Positions 9,455 through 19,967 are shown, counted from the stretch's first letter. The stretch is 64,000 nt of DNA from a candidate division WOR-3 bacterium (GCA_039802265.1 JBDRWI010000002.1:6430-70429), one strand, 5' to 3'. The notes: generated by a model not told the origin, from the letters alone. Made by a program: numbers and translations.

Positions 9455-11519
9455 CATTCTATTTATTTTTCTCTTACCCTATGAAGACTATTTTTATAAA
9501 AAAAATTATCTTGAGGCAATTCGTTATGCAAAACTGGCTTATAAAATTTTTTTAGAAGATGAAACCTTATATTATTTAGGCATAAGCGAACTGTGTCTTG
9601 ATAGATTGCCCGCGGCAATGGCAAATCTTGAGGAATTGACAAAAAAGAAGGAAGACGCCAGCTTTTATCTCGGAATAATCCATTATCGACTTGGTAATTA
9701 CATCAAGGCAATGGCTTATATGAATGATGCGCGTGATGTATTTCTTCCTAAGTACTACTATCTCACTCTCATCCATTTAAAAGACCGCGACCTAAAAGAG
9801 GCAGAAAAATACCTGAATTCAGTGGCAGATTCATATTTAAAGGAAACCATTTCGCAATGGATAAAAAATTACCAAACACTTGTTGATGCAAAAAACGCAT
9901 TTATTGATATGGATTATCAGCGCACAATAGAGCTAATTAACAAAGTTGAAGATTTTTTTGGCTATAAAGAAATTGGATTGGCACTGGCTTACGAAAGACT
10001 CGGTGATTATCAAAAGAGTCTTATTTTTTTAGATACTGTGATACGCAATCCTCCATCTTATGGGCTGTTATTGAACGCCACATACAACGCCGGGCGAATA
10101 GAGTATGCATTAAGAAATTATAAGCGGGCAGAAAGATATTTGAGGGATTATCTTTCTACTCAGGAGAATAATGCGGCAAAATTTCTTTTAGGCAAAATTT
10201 TTATGGAGGAAGGAAACCTGGATTCAGCCAGTATTTACTTTAAAGACTTACCCGATACCATTGATGAATACCTTTTCTATAAAGGGCGTATTGACTATTT
10301 TCGGGGAATGCTGGCGAGCGCCGAAGAAAGATTGTTATTGCATCGTGAATATTTCCCGAATTCTTTTTATGCCGACAGTACAGTTTATATACTGGGAGAA
10401 ATAAATTTTAAACAGGGCAAATACAGACTGGCAATAGATTACTGGACCGACTTGATAAATTTATATCCAAATTCAAATTATGCGGCGGTTACGGCAAAGA
10501 AGATTGGCGATGCCTATTTCAATTTGAAAAGATACAATGATGCACTTGAGTTTTACAAAAGGGTTAAGGATTTTGGTCCGCAAAATGAATTGAAATTGGA
10601 GACTGAATTGAAGATACTTGAGACCAAATATCAACTTGGGCTGTTTAATTCTTTAATTGGTGCCCTGAATCGATTTATAGAGACATATTCCGATTCTGTA
10701 AATGCCCGGGATTTTGTTGCCGCAGTAAATTTAAGAATTGCAATGATTCTCTTTGAGAAAGAGGAATATTACTCTGCCCTTGAAAAACTCAATCAGCTGA
10801 TAACCAAATATTCAGATTTATCCGTGGCTAGAGACGCAATATTACAAAGGGCAAAAGTTTTTCGCAAAATTGGAGATAAGAATGGAGAGAAGGCTTCTTT
10901 GAAAATACTATTGGAAAGGAAGGATATTAGAGAATTGTACCCATATGTGGTAAATGAACTGGGTACAATCTATAAAAATGAAATGAAATACGATTCGGCG
11001 CTTTATTACTACAATTTATTGCTGAAAATAGAGATGTATCGCGAGATTGCTCTTTTAGAAATTGCCCGAATCTATAATTCACTCGGTAGATATGAAGAAG
11101 CCGAATTGGTGATCGAGCGCTTTATTAATGAATATCCCAATTCATCATTGATTTTTGATGCATATATTCTTAAATCGGAAACTATTAAAAATCAAGGCGA
11201 TTACAATAAGGCGGTAAATGTATTAAAGGAATTGAGCGACAAGTACGGACCAAAGCCCGAGGTATTTCTCAGAATCGCTGATATCTATGTTGATAATCGT
11301 AATTATCAGGCGGCCCGGGATTATTTTCTAAGGGCAAGCGAGTATTTCAAGGAAAATAGGGATGACGCTGCCCGGTCTTTGATTCGTGCCGGTGATGTTT
11401 CGTTGATTATGGGTGACATAAAGATTGCCAAGGAACTTTATTTAAAGGCGGCGCTTTTTGCACTTTCTATTGATGTTAAACAAGAGGCAAGCAAAAAATT
11501 GACTTCTGTAAATGAGTAG
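9447..11519 (+). CDS. Tetratricopeptide repeat protein (BamD/CpoB-like repeats)
   Basis: Repeated Y.LG..Y....Y..A patterns; LINLYPNSNYA, FINEYPNSSL. Confidence 0.85.
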   Translation: MSSILFIFLLPYEDYFYKKNYLEAIRYAKLAYKIFLEDETLYYLGISELCLDRLPAAMANLEELTKKKEDASFYLGIIHYRLGNYIKAMAYMNDARDVFLPKYYYLTLIHLKDRDLKEAEKYLNSVADSYLKETISQWIKNYQTLVDAKNAFIDMDYQRTIELINKVEDFFGYKEIGLALAYERLGDYQKSLIFLDTVIRNPPSYGLLLNATYNAGRIEYALRNYKRAERYLRDYLSTQENNAAKFLLGKIFMEEGNLDSASIYFKDLPDTIDEYLFYKGRIDYFRGMLASAEERLLLHREYFPNSFYADSTVYILGEINFKQGKYRLAIDYWTDLINLYPNSNYAAVTAKKIGDAYFNLKRYNDALEFYKRVKDFGPQNELKLETELKILETKYQLGLFNSLIGALNRFIETYSDSVNARDFVAAVNLRIAMILFEKEEYYSALEKLNQLITKYSDLSVARDAILQRAKVFRKIGDKNGEKASLKILLERKDIRELYPYVVNELGTIYKNEMKYDSALYYYNLLLKIEMYREIALLEIARIYNSLGRYEEAELVIERFINEYPNSSLIFDAYILKSETIKNQGDYNKAVNVLKELSDKYGPKPEVFLRIADIYVDNRNYQAARDYFLRASEYFKENRDDAARSLIRAGDVSLIMGDIKIAKELYLKAALFALSIDVKQEASKKLTSVNE

Positions 11520-13341
11520 GCGTATTTACATTATTGGTAAGGAGCCAGACTGGTTGAAATCACTCATTCTTAAAAAGATCGTCAGCGTATGTGAGAGTGA
11601 ACCAGAGGCAATTTTGATTTTTGAAAAAATACCTTCGGTTGCAGAGATCATTAAAAAGTTTCGGATAAGATATATCCCAATAATCAGTCAGGTAGAATTA
11701 GGAGAAATGGAGGGAGTTTTTAACTTACCCACGACCCATCCCGAGAATTTTTTAATTTCCCTGCTTGAGGCATTAACCTGGGAGCGAGAAAGAAATCCAC
11801 TCACCGGTCTTCCCGGTAATGAGGCAATAAATAGAGAGATTGAGTTTAAGATATTAAATCAAAACGGCTACTGGCTCAGTTATGTTGATCTGAATGACTT
11901 TAAATTTTTTAATGACCAGTATGGTTTTGAAATGGGGGACCGTCTCATTTTTCATACCGCCAGGATAATAAAAGACAATGCCGGTAACAATTTTGTTGGA
12001 CACATTGGCGGTGATGATTTTGTTTTTATTATTCCCCAGAATAATTCCGAGATTTTAGATTCAATCTGTCGGGAATTTGATGACTCATTGAAATATTTCT
12101 ACCCGGAGGGGGACCGGGACAGAGAAGAATTTCAGGGAATAGACCGATTCGGGAGGGATTATAAATTCGGCCATGTTCATCTTGCCATTGTGGTATTAAC
12201 AAAGAGATACGAAAATCTTAAGAAATTAAACTATGCCACTGCCTATTTAAAAAAGATAAGTAAACAAAGAAGTAAAATTGAAAAGCGGAGTCTCTGGCTT
12301 TCCGATAATACCGTTGCGATTGGACATCGCGACGACCTGCTCAGGATATTACAGGGAAATGACCGAACTGCCAAAAGGGCCGCTATTGAAGTTCTTGGTG
12401 AAATTGCGGAACCGGATAACCTTGATTTGTTTGTTGAACTTTTAAGGAATAAAGATTTTTTGATTCGCAAGAGTGCGGTCTATGCGCTTGGTAAGATTGG
12501 CAAATCCGAAATTTTGCCGTATATTCTCAATACATTAAACGACCCCTCACCCCATGTCCGGATGAGGGCAGCCGAGGCGCTTGGTTATTTTTACAGGGAC
12601 GCTGTAGCTGATATTTTAGTTAATCTTCTTAACGACCCCGATTGTTATGTGAGGATCGCGGCAATAAATAGTATCGGTCGTTTGAAATTGAAGTCAGCAA
12701 TTCCTCGACTTATTAAAACTAATGACGAAAGAATCATCCCCAGTATTTTAAGAGTCCTTGCCGAATTGGGAGACGATTCTGCACTGGATTTCATTCAGGC
12801 GAAATTAAATAAAAATAGATTTTCGGCATTGGCGATTGATGCACTTGGTAGAATCTACAGTTCACGTTCACTGGCAATTCTATTTGATGTCCTATCCAGC
12901 AGGAATTTCGCCCAGCATCGCCATAGGATTTATCGTGCAATTTATAATCTGAGCCGGATGAAGTCCCTGAAAGAAATAATTAAGGCAAATATCGGGCTGA
13001 TTTATGATGGCCTCCGGGATAGCAAGCCCTACTATGTCATAATGACCCTTTACGAAATTGGCGATGACACGCGTGGTGATGAGGTTAAAAAATTCCTTTA
13101 TGGAAAAGATATATTTATGCGCCGGGCAGCTATTCTCTATCTGAGTAATAATAAAAAAAATCTCAAGGTGCTTGCCGATATCCTTTTGCAAGACCCATTA
13201 CCATCTATCCGACAGACAGCAGCCGATATCCTGGCGAAATTCGGCAAAGCCGCATTACCCTATCTGAGAAAGGCATTGAAAGACCGGGATTTTTCAACCA
13301 GACAGTCCGTAATCAGGTCAATAATGGCAATTTTATTCTGA
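11512..13341 (+). CDS. GGDEF-domain protein fused to C-terminal HEAT repeats
   Basis: NPLTGLPGN, DLNDFKFFNDQYGFEMGD, GHIGGDDF; HEAT repeats e.g. LNDPSPHVRMRAAEALG. Confidence 0.85.
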   Translation: MSRRIYIIGKEPDWLKSLILKKIVSVCESEPEAILIFEKIPSVAEIIKKFRIRYIPIISQVELGEMEGVFNLPTTHPENFLISLLEALTWERERNPLTGLPGNEAINREIEFKILNQNGYWLSYVDLNDFKFFNDQYGFEMGDRLIFHTARIIKDNAGNNFVGHIGGDDFVFIIPQNNSEILDSICREFDDSLKYFYPEGDRDREEFQGIDRFGRDYKFGHVHLAIVVLTKRYENLKKLNYATAYLKKISKQRSKIEKRSLWLSDNTVAIGHRDDLLRILQGNDRTAKRAAIEVLGEIAEPDNLDLFVELLRNKDFLIRKSAVYALGKIGKSEILPYILNTLNDPSPHVRMRAAEALGYFYRDAVADILVNLLNDPDCYVRIAAINSIGRLKLKSAIPRLIKTNDERIIPSILRVLAELGDDSALDFIQAKLNKNRFSALAIDALGRIYSSRSLAILFDVLSSRNFAQHRHRIYRAIYNLSRMKSLKEIIKANIGLIYDGLRDSKPYYVIMTLYEIGDDTRGDEVKKFLYGKDIFMRRAAILYLSNNKKNLKVLADILLQDPLPSIRQTAADILAKFGKAALPYLRKALKDRDFSTRQSVIRSIMAILF

Positions 13342-13451
13342 AGAAAGGTAAATGGTAATCTATTAAAGATGGACTTCACCGTTATCATCTTGCCGTTCCT
13401 GGGGGCGATTAAGGGTGAGGTAAAATTAAGGTAAATAATCCAGATTAGACA

Positions 13452-14093
13452 TTAAAAACCCAGTCTTTCATTAACCAATAATACTGAAATATTTGTTTGC
13501 CAGGGTCTGTACTGGATAATCGCAATTACGCGACAAATTCGTTCCTTTACATTACAATCAATACAGATACCAGAACTGGCACAAGGAGTACCGGCACTTA
13601 CCCGTTTTGCATTCATAACCGCAGCAATCTCCTTGCTCCTTTTTATGCCATCATGTATTGAGGCGACAATTTTATTGAAGCCAGCAATAATGAAGACAGT
13701 AGAGGGTCCATAGATCATTCCCGCAATGCGGTTGCCGATACCATCAATATTGATAATGTCTCCGTTTTTCGTGATGGCGTTAGCACTTGTTAGATAATAA
13801 TCAGCGAGCAATTCCTTTTTTCTTATCTCACGGTCAGTCTTTTCAGTAAGACCGGCGCGCCAGTGATGGATTACTTTATTGCCCCGCTCTTCAAATCTTT
13901 CAATTATGCCAAGTTCCCGAATTGTTACCGAACCACCGACTCCAATACTCGCATCAGGGGGGATTGTTTTCAGGAGATATTCGTTTACCCCGGTAATATC
14001 AGGGAAATAACAGGCATCAAAATCCCGTCTTTTTAGTGCCTCAACAACTTTGAGTAGTAATTTTTCCTGGTGCCATTTTTTGACTTCTTCCAT
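13452..14093 (-). CDS. LUD-domain (lactate utilization LutC/YkgG-like) protein
   Basis: GVGGSVT, TSANAIT..G..INIDG.GNR, PC...G.C.DC....RIC; ATG 14093 preferred from promoter position. Confidence 0.85.
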   Translation of the reverse strand: MEEVKKWHQEKLLLKVVEALKRRDFDACYFPDITGVNEYLLKTIPPDASIGVGGSVTIRELGIIERFEERGNKVIHHWRAGLTEKTDREIRKKELLADYYLTSANAITKNGDIINIDGIGNRIAGMIYGPSTVFIIAGFNKIVASIHDGIKRSKEIAAVMNAKRVSAGTPCASSGICIDCNVKERICRVIAIIQYRPWQTNISVLLVNERLGF

Positions 14094-14188
14094 TGCTGAA
14101 CGAATTATACTCAATTTTAATCATCTGTCAATTGACTGGCTGATTTTATCCTCTTGATTTTTTGTCTATTTAGGATATTATTTCTAAT

Positions 14189-15745
14189 ATGGAAGAACGG
14201 CTGAAGAAATTGCAGAAGCTGAAGGAATTGAACATCAACGCCTATCCTTACCGGTTTGATAGAACCCATACATTCTCCCAGATAAAAGGAAAATTTGAAG
14301 AACTCTCAAATTCACAATTCAGGGTCAAAACAGCGGGAAGAATAATTGCTATCCGGGGACATGGGAGGACCATATTTGCCACCTTAAATGATGAAAATGA
14401 AAACATTCAGGTCTATCTAAGAGAGGCAGACCTTAAAGAAGATTTTGCGCTCTTTGAAAACTTTGATATCGGTGACTTTATTGGTGTGGAAGGTAAGGTC
14501 TTCAAGACACGGACCGGTGAAATAACCATCCTTGTGGAAAGTTTCGTACTCCTTGCAAAATCACTACGACCGCTACCTGAGAAATGGCACGGATTAGAAG
14601 ATATAGAAATCAGATATCGTAAAAGATACCTTGATTTAATTGCGGATACGGTTATTTTCAAGTGTAACGATTGCGGCCATGAATTCGCCTGTGTGGAAGT
14701 CGGCGAAATAAGATGCCCAGCGAGAAAGGATAAAACCACTAATGAAAGATGTGGTTCTAAAAATATTAGAAAAATCTCAATGAGTCCGCGCGAGGTATTC
14801 AAAATGCGTTCAAAGGTCATCTCACTTCTCCGAGATTTTTTTAATAACCGAGGATTTCTTGAAGTAGAAACCCCTGTCTTACAGCCAATATACGGTGGGG
14901 CATCTGCCCGGCCTTTCAAGACTTATTATAATGCCCTTGACCAGGAAATGTACTTACGAATTGCTGATGAACTTTACCTGAAAAGATTAATTGTTGGTGG
15001 ATATGAGAAGGTATGGGAATTATGCAAGGATTTCCGGAATGAGGGGCTTGATAGATTTCATAATCCAGAATTTACAATGATTGAGGCATATCAGGCATAC
15101 ACAGATTATAACGGAATGATGGAACTGGTTGAAGAATTGATGGAATATCTGGTTAGAAATCTTTATTCTGATTACAGAATTTCTTTTCAGGGAGAAAGCG
15201 TAGAAATAAAGAGACCATTTACAAGGATAAAATATACTGAAGTATTGAGTGAAAAACTGGGTGTTGATATACTCAAGATTTCCGAAAAAGAACTAAATGA
15301 TTTATGCACAAGATATGGGATAAAAACAGAAGGTCAGGCAATCGGATACAAGATTGATAAGTTATTCAGTGAACTCGTCCAGAGAGATTTGATTGAACCG
15401 ACCTTTGTTATTGATTATCCTAAAATAATTTCGCCCCTGGCAAAGGAACATCGGAATAATCCTTCGCTTGTGGAAAGATTTGAACTGGTTATTTTTGGTT
15501 TAGAGATTGCCAATGCCTTCTCAGAGTTGAATAACCCGATAGAGCAGCGTAAGAGATTTGAGGAACAGCTTGCATATAAAGAAGAAGGAATTGCGGAGAT
15601 AGACGAGGACTTTCTTGAGGCACTTGAATATGGAATGCCGCCGACCGGAGGACTTGGTATAGGGGTGGACCGCCTGTGTATGATTCTTTTAAACCAGTCA
15701 TCAATCCGGGATGTAATTCTGTTTCCTCAATTGAGAAGGGTGTAA
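14189..15745 (+). CDS. lysS: Lysine--tRNA ligase class II with Cys-rich insertion
   Basis: OB-fold; KSLRPLPEKWHGL, EVETPVL, FRNEG...HNPEFTMIEAY, YGMPPTGGLGIGVDRL. Confidence 0.97.
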   Translation: MEERLKKLQKLKELNINAYPYRFDRTHTFSQIKGKFEELSNSQFRVKTAGRIIAIRGHGRTIFATLNDENENIQVYLREADLKEDFALFENFDIGDFIGVEGKVFKTRTGEITILVESFVLLAKSLRPLPEKWHGLEDIEIRYRKRYLDLIADTVIFKCNDCGHEFACVEVGEIRCPARKDKTTNERCGSKNIRKISMSPREVFKMRSKVISLLRDFFNNRGFLEVETPVLQPIYGGASARPFKTYYNALDQEMYLRIADELYLKRLIVGGYEKVWELCKDFRNEGLDRFHNPEFTMIEAYQAYTDYNGMMELVEELMEYLVRNLYSDYRISFQGESVEIKRPFTRIKYTEVLSEKLGVDILKISEKELNDLCTRYGIKTEGQAIGYKIDKLFSELVQRDLIEPTFVIDYPKIISPLAKEHRNNPSLVERFELVIFGLEIANAFSELNNPIEQRKRFEEQLAYKEEGIAEIDEDFLEALEYGMPPTGGLGIGVDRLCMILLNQSSIRDVILFPQLRRV

Positions 15746-16944
15746 TGAACACTGAAGTCTTTGTTGCACAACGGTATCTACTGTCAAGAAATCGCAAATT
15801 TTTTTCTCTCTCCGCCTCCATCGCCATTGGTGGGATTTTTGTTGGGGTTAGTGCTTTGCTCATTACCCTTTCAATAATGAATGGATTCCAGAATGAATTG
15901 CGGCGAAGAATTCTCGGGGGGACCCCACACATAATAGTCCGGCGATTTTTTAATGAGCCTCTTGTTGAATATCGTGAGATCATGGAGAAGTTAGAAAATT
16001 TCCATTTTATTAAGGCAAAGGCACCATTTATAATCACCAAATCCCTGGTCCGGAATAGGAGGAGTGTCGATGGCGTGATAATCAAGGGAGTTGAAAGTGA
16101 GCTTGAGAAAGGAATTACTGAGGTGGGGAAAAATATTATTGATGGTGCTTTTGATTTAGAAGAGGGTTGTGTTATTGGAGTTGAACTCGCCCGGAGCCTG
16201 AAGGCAAGTGTTGGAGATACCCTGATAATAACCTCTCCTTTCGTTGAGCAACTCGGGCTATTGCCGCGTTCCAAAAGAGTTATACTTAAAGGAATCTTTG
16301 ATTTGGGTATGTATGATTATAATTCAACGATTTTATATATGAATATCAAGGATGTTCAGGTACTATTTGAAATGCAGAACGCGGTTAGCGGTATTGAGTT
16401 GAGAGTGGATGATGTGTATAAGGCACCATATTACTCAAAGATTATTGAAAAGGAAGTCGGTTATCCCTATCTGGTTCAGGATTGGGTTAAGACCAATCAT
16501 TCAGTTTTCGCGGCATTAAAATTAGAAAAGATTGTAACATTTATTGTTCTGACACTGATTGTGGTTGTTGCTGGATTCAACATCGTAGGAATGCTTGTGA
16601 ACATTGTTAAAAAAAAGGTGAAGGAGATAGGTATACTTCGTTCATTTGGTTTCACTGCAAATCAGATTATGAAGATTTTCATATATTTAGGAACAATTAT
16701 GGGATTTATTGGGACGGGAATGGGTGTTTTCTTTTCTTTTTTTGCCTGTCTTTTGCTTAACCAATATCGTTTTGTAAATTTACCCGGAGATGTCTATTTT
16801 ATTCAGACCCTTCCGGTTGAGATGTCACTTGTAGATTTTATTGTCGTAGCTGGTGCAGCAATAATGATAAGTTTTTTTGCTACAATCTATCCGGCAATCA
16901 GGGCTGCGCGGCTTGTGACGGTTGAGGCATTGAGGAATGAGTGA
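15745..16944 (+). CDS. lolE: Lipoprotein-releasing ABC permease LolC/E family
   Basis: GIFVGVSALLITLSIMNGF, EIGILRSFG, YPAIRAARL; ATG overlaps lysS TAA. Confidence 0.88.
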   Translation: MNTEVFVAQRYLLSRNRKFFSLSASIAIGGIFVGVSALLITLSIMNGFQNELRRRILGGTPHIIVRRFFNEPLVEYREIMEKLENFHFIKAKAPFIITKSLVRNRRSVDGVIIKGVESELEKGITEVGKNIIDGAFDLEEGCVIGVELARSLKASVGDTLIITSPFVEQLGLLPRSKRVILKGIFDLGMYDYNSTILYMNIKDVQVLFEMQNAVSGIELRVDDVYKAPYYSKIIEKEVGYPYLVQDWVKTNHSVFAALKLEKIVTFIVLTLIVVVAGFNIVGMLVNIVKKKVKEIGILRSFGFTANQIMKIFIYLGTIMGFIGTGMGVFFSFFACLLLNQYRFVNLPGDVYFIQTLPVEMSLVDFIVVAGAAIMISFFATIYPAIRAARLVTVEALRNE

Positions 16945-17611
16945 GATTCTATTAGCAGAAGGGATTCATAAGACCTATTATTTGAAAAACGAGGTAATCC
17001 ATGTCTTACGCGGTGTTGATCTCGTGGTTAAAAGGGGTAGTTTTGTGGTAATCTATGGCCCATCGGGAAGTGGTAAATCTACTCTTTTAAATATTCTGGG
17101 GAGTCTTGACAAACCGACCAGCGGTAGGGTAATTTTTGATTCCTGTGTTCTCTTTAATCATAGCGATGCGGAACTATCACAAATTAGAAATAAAAAAATT
17201 GGATTTGTCTTTCAATTCCATTATCTTTTACCTGAATTTACTGCACTGGAGAATATAGCCCTGCCAGCACTATTAAACGGAACTCCAAAAAGGGATGCCT
17301 ATAAAAAGGCAGCGGAACTTTTAGAAGTTTTAGGAATGGCGGATAAGAGAACCCGTCGTCCCGACGAATTGTCAGGTGGTGAAAGGCAACGGGTGGCGAT
17401 TGCCCGTGCCCTCATTAATGAACCAATCTTGATCCTTGCGGATGAGCCGAGCGGTAACCTTGATGAGGAAAATAAGAATAAACTGATGGATGTTTTTATC
17501 GATCTAAAAAATAAGGACCGGGCAATTGTTCTGGTTACTCATTCACTGGATATTGCAAAGTTAGGGACTGAGGTGTATAATTTGAAAGAAGGCAGGTTAC
17601 ATGTTATGTGA
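16937..17611 (+). CDS. lolD: Lipoprotein-releasing ABC ATPase
   Basis: [41 protein letters not shown]. Confidence 0.9.
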   Translation: MSEILLAEGIHKTYYLKNEVIHVLRGVDLVVKRGSFVVIYGPSGSGKSTLLNILGSLDKPTSGRVIFDSCVLFNHSDAELSQIRNKKIGFVFQFHYLLPEFTALENIALPALLNGTPKRDAYKKAAELLEVLGMADKRTRRPDELSGGERQRVAIARALINEPILILADEPSGNLDEENKNKLMDVFIDLKNKDRAIVLVTHSLDIAKLGTEVYNLKEGRLHVM

Positions 17612-18077
17612 TGATTGTAAAAAAAATCCGGCATCCATCTATTTTAAGGATGCCTCCTACGGAAAGATTAAAGAGTTGCATCTTTGTGAGGAATGTGCTA
17701 AGAAGCGAGGAATTCTCTTAGATAAAAAGCTTTCTCCCCTTGAGGTTCTTCAAAAATTGTTGAAGGAATATAACCGCCAGGATGAGCAGATAATCTGTCC
17801 GGTTTGCTTTTTGTCTCTTGCGGAATTTAAAAAGTTTGGAAGATTTGGCTGTAGTAATTGTATTGCGGTCTTTGAGCCCTATATCAAAAATCTTATCAAA
17901 GAGGTCCAGGAGAGCAATCGCCATATTGGAAAGAGACCTGGAAGCAGGCAACATAAGGCGCTTGAGATATTTAAACTGCGTGAAGAATTGAGAAAGGCAC
18001 TGGAAAAAGAGGCTTATGAAGAGGCGGCAAAGATAAGGGACCGATTAAAGGAATTGGGATTCGAGAATGTTGAATAA
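17601..18077 (+). CDS. mcsA: McsA protein-arginine kinase activator
   Basis: Four CxxC motifs, GRFGC, C-terminal UVR motif EAYEEAAKIRD. Confidence 0.9.
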   Translation: MLCDDCKKNPASIYFKDASYGKIKELHLCEECAKKRGILLDKKLSPLEVLQKLLKEYNRQDEQIICPVCFLSLAEFKKFGRFGCSNCIAVFEPYIKNLIKEVQESNRHIGKRPGSRQHKALEIFKLREELRKALEKEAYEEAAKIRDRLKELGFENVE

Positions 18078-19107
18078 TATTAAGTGGTTAATATCACCCG
18101 AGATGGCAGAAAACTGCGAGGAAAAGGAAATCGTTGTATCAACGCGGATAAGACTGGCTCGGAATCTTGCAGGAATTCCCTTTGAAATAAAAATGAAACA
18201 GAAGGATGCCGAATATCTAATTCAAGTAGTGCAATCAACAATAACCGGGAAATTAAAGGGAAGATATCTCTTGATTCAGAAACTTACACCACTTGAGCGG
18301 GAATCACTCCTTGAATCGCACCTCGTCTCTCCAACATTTGTGAAGGCTGATCGCCCATCAGCCGTATTTATCAGCGAGAAAGGAGATATTTCAATAATGG
18401 TTAACGAAGAAGACCATCTGAGAATACAGGGGCTTGCCTGTGGGCTCTCTCTAACGAATACCCTTCTATCGGTCTTTGAGGTGGAGGAATTCCTTGGTGA
18501 AAGCCTTGGCTATGCCTTTAGTGAGGAATATGGTTTTATCACTTCCTGTCCTACCAATTTAGGTACCGGTATGAGGGTTTCGGTTCTGCTCCATCTGCCA
18601 GGGCTTGTTTACACAAACGAAGTAGATAAAATTTTAAAGAGTGCTGTTAATCTTGGAATGGCCGTGCGCGGACTGTTTGGAGAAGGAACTGAAATAAAGG
18701 GTAATCTCTTCCAGATATCAAATCAAAGAACCCTTGGATATACCGAGGAAGAGTTGGTTCAGAATATCAATAAATTCACGAAGATGGTGATCGATGTGGA
18801 GAAAAAGACAAGGAATCTAATCTATGAAAAGGCAAGGTATGAATTTGAAGACAAAATCTACAGAAGTCTGGCAATACTTACCTCAGCCAGGATTCTCAGT
18901 AGTGATGAGACGCTGGGGCTTCTCTCTGCAGTCAGGCTGGGTATCGGTATGGGAATAATCAAAAATATTAGTATAGATACAATAAATGAGATTATGCTTG
19001 TATCAAGGCCCGGTAACATCCAGTTCTATTTTGGCGAAATTCTTGAAGAGGAAGAACGGGATGTCAAACGGGCAGAGTATGTGCGTAAAAAACTACAGCC
19101 AAATTAA
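18067..19107 (+). CDS. mcsB: Protein-arginine kinase McsB
   Basis: STRIRLARN, MVNEEDHLRIQ, TSCPTNLGTGMR, FQISNQRTLG. Confidence 0.93.
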   Translation: MLNNIKWLISPEMAENCEEKEIVVSTRIRLARNLAGIPFEIKMKQKDAEYLIQVVQSTITGKLKGRYLLIQKLTPLERESLLESHLVSPTFVKADRPSAVFISEKGDISIMVNEEDHLRIQGLACGLSLTNTLLSVFEVEEFLGESLGYAFSEEYGFITSCPTNLGTGMRVSVLLHLPGLVYTNEVDKILKSAVNLGMAVRGLFGEGTEIKGNLFQISNQRTLGYTEEELVQNINKFTKMVIDVEKKTRNLIYEKARYEFEDKIYRSLAILTSARILSSDETLGLLSAVRLGIGMGIIKNISIDTINEIMLVSRPGNIQFYFGEILEEEERDVKRAEYVRKKLQPN

Positions 19108-19114
19108 TTGGTTC

Positions 19115-19205
19115 TGCACAAAAATTATGCAATAGCCACAAATTTGCAACACCTATAACAACTTTTTCCTGATATTTCAAAATAAATTCGGGCATAACAA
19201 TTGCA
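19115..19205 (+). promoter_or_regulatory. Putative sigma54 (-24/-12) promoter with upstream NtrC-like enhancer site
   Basis: GGCATAACAATTGCA (GG-N10-GC) at 19191-19205; TGCACAAAAATTATGCA at 19115-19131. Confidence 0.6.
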
Positions 19206-19292
19206 TTATAAATGGATAGAGAAGGCAAAATGGTAAGGGTCCTTTTTTCCTTCAAGGAAGGGGACCAGAAGCCAAGGTGAAAGGAGGTAATA

Positions 19293-19916
19293 ATGTCTTT
19301 GCGACCTAAAATCAAACCGGTTGTTTTAGTTATTGCTTGGGTCGGTTTATTCGGCAGCAGTTTATTTGCTATTGAAATTAAGCCGAAGGACAAAAGGGAT
19401 GAGGTCTTGATAAAAGAACCGATTGAGACCGGGGTCTTTGGCGGTATGAATATTAAGCTTACTGAGATTAACAATACCGATGCCTGGCTTTTTGGTTTTA
19501 AAGGTGGAATAATTGCAAATCATACTTTTTCCATCGGTGGTGGGATTTATGGTCTTGCCCACCATATAACGGTAGAAACTGAATATCCATTAAGGAACTA
19601 CTACATTGAATTTGGCTACGGTGGGTTGACATTGGAATTGATTCTTGGTTCAAGGAAAATGATTCATCCTGGTGTAAATTTTCTTGTCGGTGGCGGTAGT
19701 ATATGTTACTGCGATAGGTTTTATGAACCATGGTACAGAGATGTCTTTTTTGTCCTTGAGTCATCGGCTGAGATTACCCTGAATGTAACAAGATGTCTGA
19801 GGATAGATTTCGGCGGTTCACACCGGTACATCAATGGCGTTAAACTTTCGGGGATAAGCGACAGGGGTTTGAGCGGTTTTTCAGGCTATATTACACTCAA
19901 GTTTGGAAGATTCTGA
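19293..19916 (+). CDS. Putative outer-membrane beta-barrel protein
   Basis: Signal peptide, Gly/aromatic-rich amphipathic strands, C-terminal Phe (LKFGRF); SD AGGAGG. Confidence 0.65.
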   Translation: MSLRPKIKPVVLVIAWVGLFGSSLFAIEIKPKDKRDEVLIKEPIETGVFGGMNIKLTEINNTDAWLFGFKGGIIANHTFSIGGGIYGLAHHITVETEYPLRNYYIEFGYGGLTLELILGSRKMIHPGVNFLVGGGSICYCDRFYEPWYRDVFFVLESSAEITLNVTRCLRIDFGGSHRYINGVKLSGISDRGLSGFSGYITLKFGRF

Positions 19917-19967
19917 AAATAAAATCTTGACTTTAACGGCTAATTGAGTATAATGGTTCTGAATTAT

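Noticed and set aside
14642-14787. Intein or intron in lysS
   Set aside because: Too short, in frame, and lacks the His-Asn-Cys/Ser/Thr splice junction
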